Notes under the pieces: generated by a model | Databases searched by the model: none | What the model saw: only the letters and a program-made list of their open reading frames with translations | What the model was told of the DNA's origin: nothing | Origin: an uncultured bacterium | Lineage (GTDB): Bacteria > Margulisbacteria > WOR-1 > CAVSGV01 | DNA length: 32,000 nucleotides | Direction: 5' to 3' | Assembly: GCA_963699255.1 (NCBI GenBank) | Contig: OY969425.1 | Coordinates: 1,380,001-1,412,000 of the forward strand | Translations under genes and position numbers: made by a program | Shown here: positions 27,650 through 32,000 of the stretch, one piece after another | Numbering within the stretch: position 1 is the first letter of the stretch | Layout of the letters: every line of letters begins with the position of its first letter

Positions 27650-28680
27650 AGGATATATGCTCCTTCATTATATTTTTTGAAAAGACGGAACCCCGGATTT
27701 TCACCCAGAGTTTCCTTTAAACCTTTATCGTAATTGATGACAATAATATATTCAGGTTCCTTCGGGAAAAAGTTCAAAGGATACAGGAAATATTTCAGCC
27801 TGTCTCTATAAAAATTGCCGTTCGGGCCCGAGGAGAGTACAGATACGTCCGACCTGCTTTTGATCGATCCCCCGCAGAACTCTATGAACTTGTAAAAATC
27901 GCCTCCGACGATTACTCCGACAAGCGCCGCCCTTTTTTCCTCAAGGGACTTAAAATCATATCTATCAAAATCGCCTTTGAGTTGATGATATTGGTTGACG
28001 GAACTGCTGAACTCGAGGAGCCCCCAAAAAACAATGGCGGCAACGATCGCCGCTTTGCCGCAGTTTTGCCATGAAAAAGCAGGGTCTTTTGTTCTATAGA
28101 ACGAATAGGCGAACATGATAACAGAAGAAAGCAATATTATTACATAGGCATACCAGCTGATCGGGATGCCGCACAATCGTGTCGCCTCCATGTTGTTCAC
28201 GGTAGTCCCCAAAATGATCCGGCTGCCTGGTCCCCAAAATTCCCGCCAGCCTGATCTTATGTCCGTTATGAGGTTCGCAGGTTCGGCAACCGCCGATTCA
28301 ATGATAAATCCCTCCGTTCCGCTTTCCGGATGGATCACCAGCTGATTGATAGCTCCGGTCCAATAACGGCTCTGCAACCTGAGATCAAGCACATATTCCT
28401 TGCTGACATTTGATTTGTCGGCAAAGAACCAGATACCCGTTGGGCCGTTCGTTTGAGGACCCAGGGAGGAGGTCCAGAATAACCCGACCACTCCGCTTTC
28501 TTTTGATCTTATCCTCAAAACTATCGTTCTGAATTTATCCGAATCGATATTGTTCTCCGGTGTGCCTATGAAATATGGAGCGTTTGGCGGCTGCGCTATG
28601 GATATTTTTATCTGGCTTCCGAAAACCGGCAGATATAGAAGCGAAAGGATCAATGCCGAAAAAATAAATGACCGTTTCAT
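27631..28680 (-). CDS. Exported-domain membrane protein of unknown function, module B partner
   Basis: 349 aa; N-terminal signal peptide, beta-rich domain (FRTIVLRIRSKESGVVGLFWTSS...YVLDLRLQSRYWTGAINQLVIHP), TM segments, KSLEEKRAAL and KYFLYPLNFF. Resembles 20107-21258. Confidence 0.7.
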   Translation of the reverse strand: MKRSFIFSALILSLLYLPVFGSQIKISIAQPPNAPYFIGTPENNIDSDKFRTIVLRIRSKESGVVGLFWTSSLGPQTNGPTGIWFFADKSNVSKEYVLDLRLQSRYWTGAINQLVIHPESGTEGFIIESAVAEPANLITDIRSGWREFWGPGSRIILGTTVNNMEATRLCGIPISWYAYVIILLSSVIMFAYSFYRTKDPAFSWQNCGKAAIVAAIVFWGLLEFSSSVNQYHQLKGDFDRYDFKSLEEKRAALVGVIVGGDFYKFIEFCGGSIKSRSDVSVLSSGPNGNFYRDRLKYFLYPLNFFPKEPEYIIVINYDKGLKETLGENPGFRLFKKYNEGAYILWKKKT

Positions 28681-29893
28681 TAACTTAAGTTTTTAAGCGC
28701 TTCTTCGAATATGTTCACGGCGGTGTCTATCTGTTCTTTCGTGATGATGAGCGGCGGGATGAACCGTACCACCTGATCGTATTTTCCGCACGATATCAGT
28801 ATCAGCTGCCCTTTCAGGCAGGATTCCAATATCTTTTTGACCGTGTCGCTGTCGCGGAACTCAACGCCGATCATAAGCCCAAGCCCGCGGACATCAACGA
28901 TCGACGGGTAAACGCCCTTTAGTTTCTCAAGCTTCTCCTTTAAGTAAGCTCCCATCTTTAAGGCGTGATCGGCCAGTTTTTCTTTTTCTATGACATCGAG
29001 AGTGGCAAGCGCGGCCGCGCATGATACCGGATTGCCGGTCATGGTGCTTCCATGAGACGAAGGCGACCATTGCTTCATTACGGCATCCTTTGCAATTACG
29101 GCACCGAGCGGAAAACCGGAACCCAGGGCTTTTGCAACAGCCATGATGTCCGGGTAAACGCCGAAATGCTGTGAAGCGAACATCTTGCCCGTCCGCCCAA
29201 AACCTGTTTGCACCTCATCAAAAGCAAGCAGAACATCATACTTGTTGCACAGAGCTCTCAGCCCCGATAAAAATTCTTTTGACGCGACGATGTAACCGCC
29301 TTCTCCCTGAACAACTTCAACAATCACTCCGGCTATCGGGTTTGATTTCATGATCCTTTCAACTTCTTCAAGTGAATTGTCTTTTGAATATGGCGCGACA
29401 AAAACATTCGGGAGAAGGGGCTCGTACCGGTCGCGATATTTCTGTTTGGATGTTGTTATGGAAAGAGCGCCCAGGGTGCGCCCGTGAAAAGCGCCCTCAA
29501 AGGCGATTATCCCGGGTTTGTTTTTTACGTATTTCGCAAGCTTAATGGCTCCTTCTGTGGCTTCGGTGCCGCTCTGGCAGAAAAAGCTCATGGATGGTCC
29601 CATGGGAGAAATTTTGACAGCTTTTCTGCAAGTAGAACATTAGCCTCGTAATATACTATTCCGGCTCCCGCGTGAATGAGGGTTTCAGCCTGCTTAACCG
29701 CGGCGGCGACCACTTTCGGATGGCAGTGGCCAAGGTTTGTCACAGCGATCCCGCAGGCAAAATCGAGATATTTCTTGCCGCTCTTTGAAATAAGGTATGC
29801 GCCTCGCCCCTTTTCTATCTCAATGGACGTGTAATGGGACAGGGCAGGGGACAATACCTTACTGGCTCGTGACTCCAAACTTTCGCTTTTCAT
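28680..29893 (-). CDS. Class-III PLP aminotransferase (acetylornithine/4-aminobutyrate aminotransferase-like), frameshifted
   Basis: N-part ...GKKYLDFACGIAVTNLGHCHPKVVAAAVKQAETLIHAG...LLAEKLSKFLP; C-part in another frame MGPSMSFFCQSGTEATEGAIKLAKY...AFEGAFHGRTLGALS...LLAFDEVQTGFGRTGKMFA. Confidence 0.9.
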
Positions 29894-29901
29894 ATCGGAT
29901 T

Positions 29902-29930
29902 ATTATACTAGCCTCGCCGATTTGTGACAA
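29902..29930 (-). promoter_or_regulatory. Predicted promoter for the aminotransferase/glycosylation operon
   Basis: Minus strand: TTGTCA (29925-29930), 17 bp, TATAAT (29902-29907), then 8 nt to the ATG at 29893. Confidence 0.6.
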
Positions 29931-29948
29931 TAGCGACTAATAGCGGGG

Positions 29949-32000
29949 CTAGAAGTTGAACGTTCCTTCAAACGAGAGAAGCGTCGCCTGGAAACTATTA
30001 ACGGGGGTGATCCTGTCCATGTAGTTCGCCCACTTGATCGCGACCTTAAGAACTATGCTGGAGAGGATCATTTGCCCGGTCTGCGGCACCACAATGTTCA
30101 CGGACAGCGACTGAATGATCTTTGTGAAATCCTGGTCAACGAATGACCCGCCGAGGATTTCACCGCCGTTGTCCTCTTGTGACCAGTCATAGTTCGCGGT
30201 CCCATATGTGAACACTCTGTATACGGCGTGCGCGTCAATATCCGACTTGTGGGCGCTCTGGTCCGGTGTGCTTGTGACCTTTACGCTGTAATTCCCTGAG
30301 AGGTCCAGGTTATCCATGGCTTTATAAGTAGTTCCAATGCTTGTCGTCTGACTTTGGGATATGGTGTCGACCGGGGTAATGGGATCGTCATTTTTATTTA
30401 TGTAATCCTCCTGTCCGATACCTGTAGTTATGGACCAAACACTGATCGGCGACACAGTGAAATCGTAGTTCTGGTCAAATGTCCTTGTATCCGTTGAGAC
30501 CTCAGAAGTTCCCACCGGACCCTTCATTAAGCTTGTGGCGAGATTATATTTCGTGGTCAGTTTGTAATTTGAGCCTGAAAGTGCCGTATGGTCGATCGAG
30601 TATGTGTTCGCATTTCCTGAAGTCCTTACGCCGTTCTCCAGAAGAGAATCATCTATCGATCCCGACCAGCCGAGCGAGGTTGAAGAGTACGGGGTGAGCC
30701 TGATATCAGCGGACGAGCGCTCGGTCTTCGGGTTTCCGAAAGCGGTCGTGACGGTCGGAGTTTCCTGGCGGTTATGATCTACGCTTGTGGTAAGTTGATC
30801 AATGGGCACGAAGTCGGCGTGATAAGTTTCATTGACCGTAGATTGTGCCGCGCCTGATAGGAGATCATATGAATTTTGGCCTATTTTATTCCAATATGTG
30901 TATAGTTTTTTAATGTTGCCAAAGGTCAGGTCCCAGTTTAAATTGGAACTTAGATCGTCGGTTTCTTGTCTTTGTACGGTTTTTCCTTGCGACCTGCTTC
31001 CAGCTTCGTATGATATTGTGCTCGCTTGGTTCACCTGGTAATCCAGTATCCATTTAACTCTCTTGGTGAAATTAAACGTGTCGCTGGTATGAAAATAATC
31101 TATTGTCGAATCCTGCGGAAGGACCTTATCCTCCGTGTCCGTGTAAGACAGGGTCTTACTTGCGTCATTCGAGTTGGAAAATCCGAATTCCCCCCAACTT
31201 AATGAATTGGGCACTACGCTAAGTGAATAAGCGAGCGACTTGGCGTCATTATTGTGTATCGCACCTTTCGAAAGCAGATCATCCATTGTATCGTATTCCC
31301 TTAGATTGAAATTAACCTGCGCCAATCCCAGAGTATTGAATCCGGTCGACAAGTTCGTGTCATAAGCATGCAGGAACTTATCGGGATAGTTGTTTATCGG
31401 AGTATTGGTCTCCTTCCGGTCGGCGGAGAACCAGAAACTCGACCAAAAACTCGGGAACGGCGTCATTTTTGTGTACGCATGCTTGTAATCGCTTCCCAGG
31501 GGAATGGAAGTGCCGCCCATAGGAGAGAAATCCGCGTCAACTTTCTTGTAATCGGCGGCAAACTCCAGGTTCGGAAGCGGTTTGATATCTCCGCCGAACT
31601 TATATGCGCTGCCTTGTTTTTCGGTTACCGAGGTCACTATCCCGGCGGAACTTTGATAATTGTAATCTATGGAGATAACATCAGCGGTTGCGGGGACTAT
31701 TATGAAAAAGGTCAGAACGCCGTATCCTCCGGAAGAGTTCGAGTCATAGAAGAATGAATATTGGTCGTCCCTGTTCAGCTTTTGTCCATTCATGTAGACC
31801 TGGTCACTTCCGTCTATGATCGTTCCGGGACTCTTTAAATTAAAAGTACTTGGATACGGCGTTGCCGTTGAACGTTTCATTTGTGCTCACGGTCGTATAT
31901 ACCTGATCGGTCCTTGACCTTGCGAACGATCCCCCGAGGTTCAGGTAATCCCCCACCTGCAAGGTGAAATCGGTCCCAACAACATCGTGCGATATGGGGC
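29949..32000 (-). CDS. Large outer-membrane beta-barrel-like surface protein; 5'-incomplete at window edge and frameshifted near 31842
   Basis: Alternating beta-strand-like segments rich in Ser/Thr/Tyr/Asn with Asp/Asn turns; terminal Phe (...LLSFEGTFNF). The other frame upstream of 31880 stays open to the window edge: DVVGTDFTLQVGDYLNLGGSFARSRTDQVYTTVSTNETFNGNAVSKYF. Confidence 0.65.

Noticed and set aside
13677-28680. Considered as a defence island or mobile element
   Set aside because: No nuclease, helicase, toxin-antitoxin, integrase or transposase signatures; the content is glycosyltransferase and methyltransferase.

Overview
This 32 kb bacterial window has two parts. The left part, about 1-13.7 kb, is housekeeping and metabolic: a TPR protein, a glycine-cleavage cluster (gcvT, gcvH, gcvPA) with hisC, a VanW-type protein, tuf, tRNA-Thr, an AsmA-like protein, YqeY, LepB, a PiT phosphate transporter with its DUF47/PhoU-like partner, tRNA-Tyr and a hemolysin-III/PAQR protein. 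The right part, about 13.7-29.9 kb, is a dense surface-glycan or lipid-modification region: five multi-TM GT-C-like proteins, two GT2 enzymes, three SAM methyltransferases, RlmB and a class-III aminotransferase. It is followed by an incomplete outer-membrane beta-barrel-like protein. The most interesting biological signal is a duplicated two-protein membrane module. One member is a multi-TM GT-C-like protein; the other is a protein with an exported beta-rich domain plus TM segments. The copies are 18725-20110 with 20107-21258, and 25125-26501 with 27631-28680. The most important technical signal is that six genes are each broken by an apparent 1-nt indel, mostly in short homopolymers. That pattern suggests consensus error, or less likely gene decay. 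Other observations include a CxCx4CxxC insertion in EF-Tu, a gcv cluster lacking an adjacent gcvPB but containing an unknown small membrane protein, several promoters whose -10 lies only 6-8 nt from the start codon (leaderless-like), and two structured palindromic intergenic elements. No CRISPR array, prophage, transposase or rRNA was seen. All family names come from reading the translations; no database search was run.
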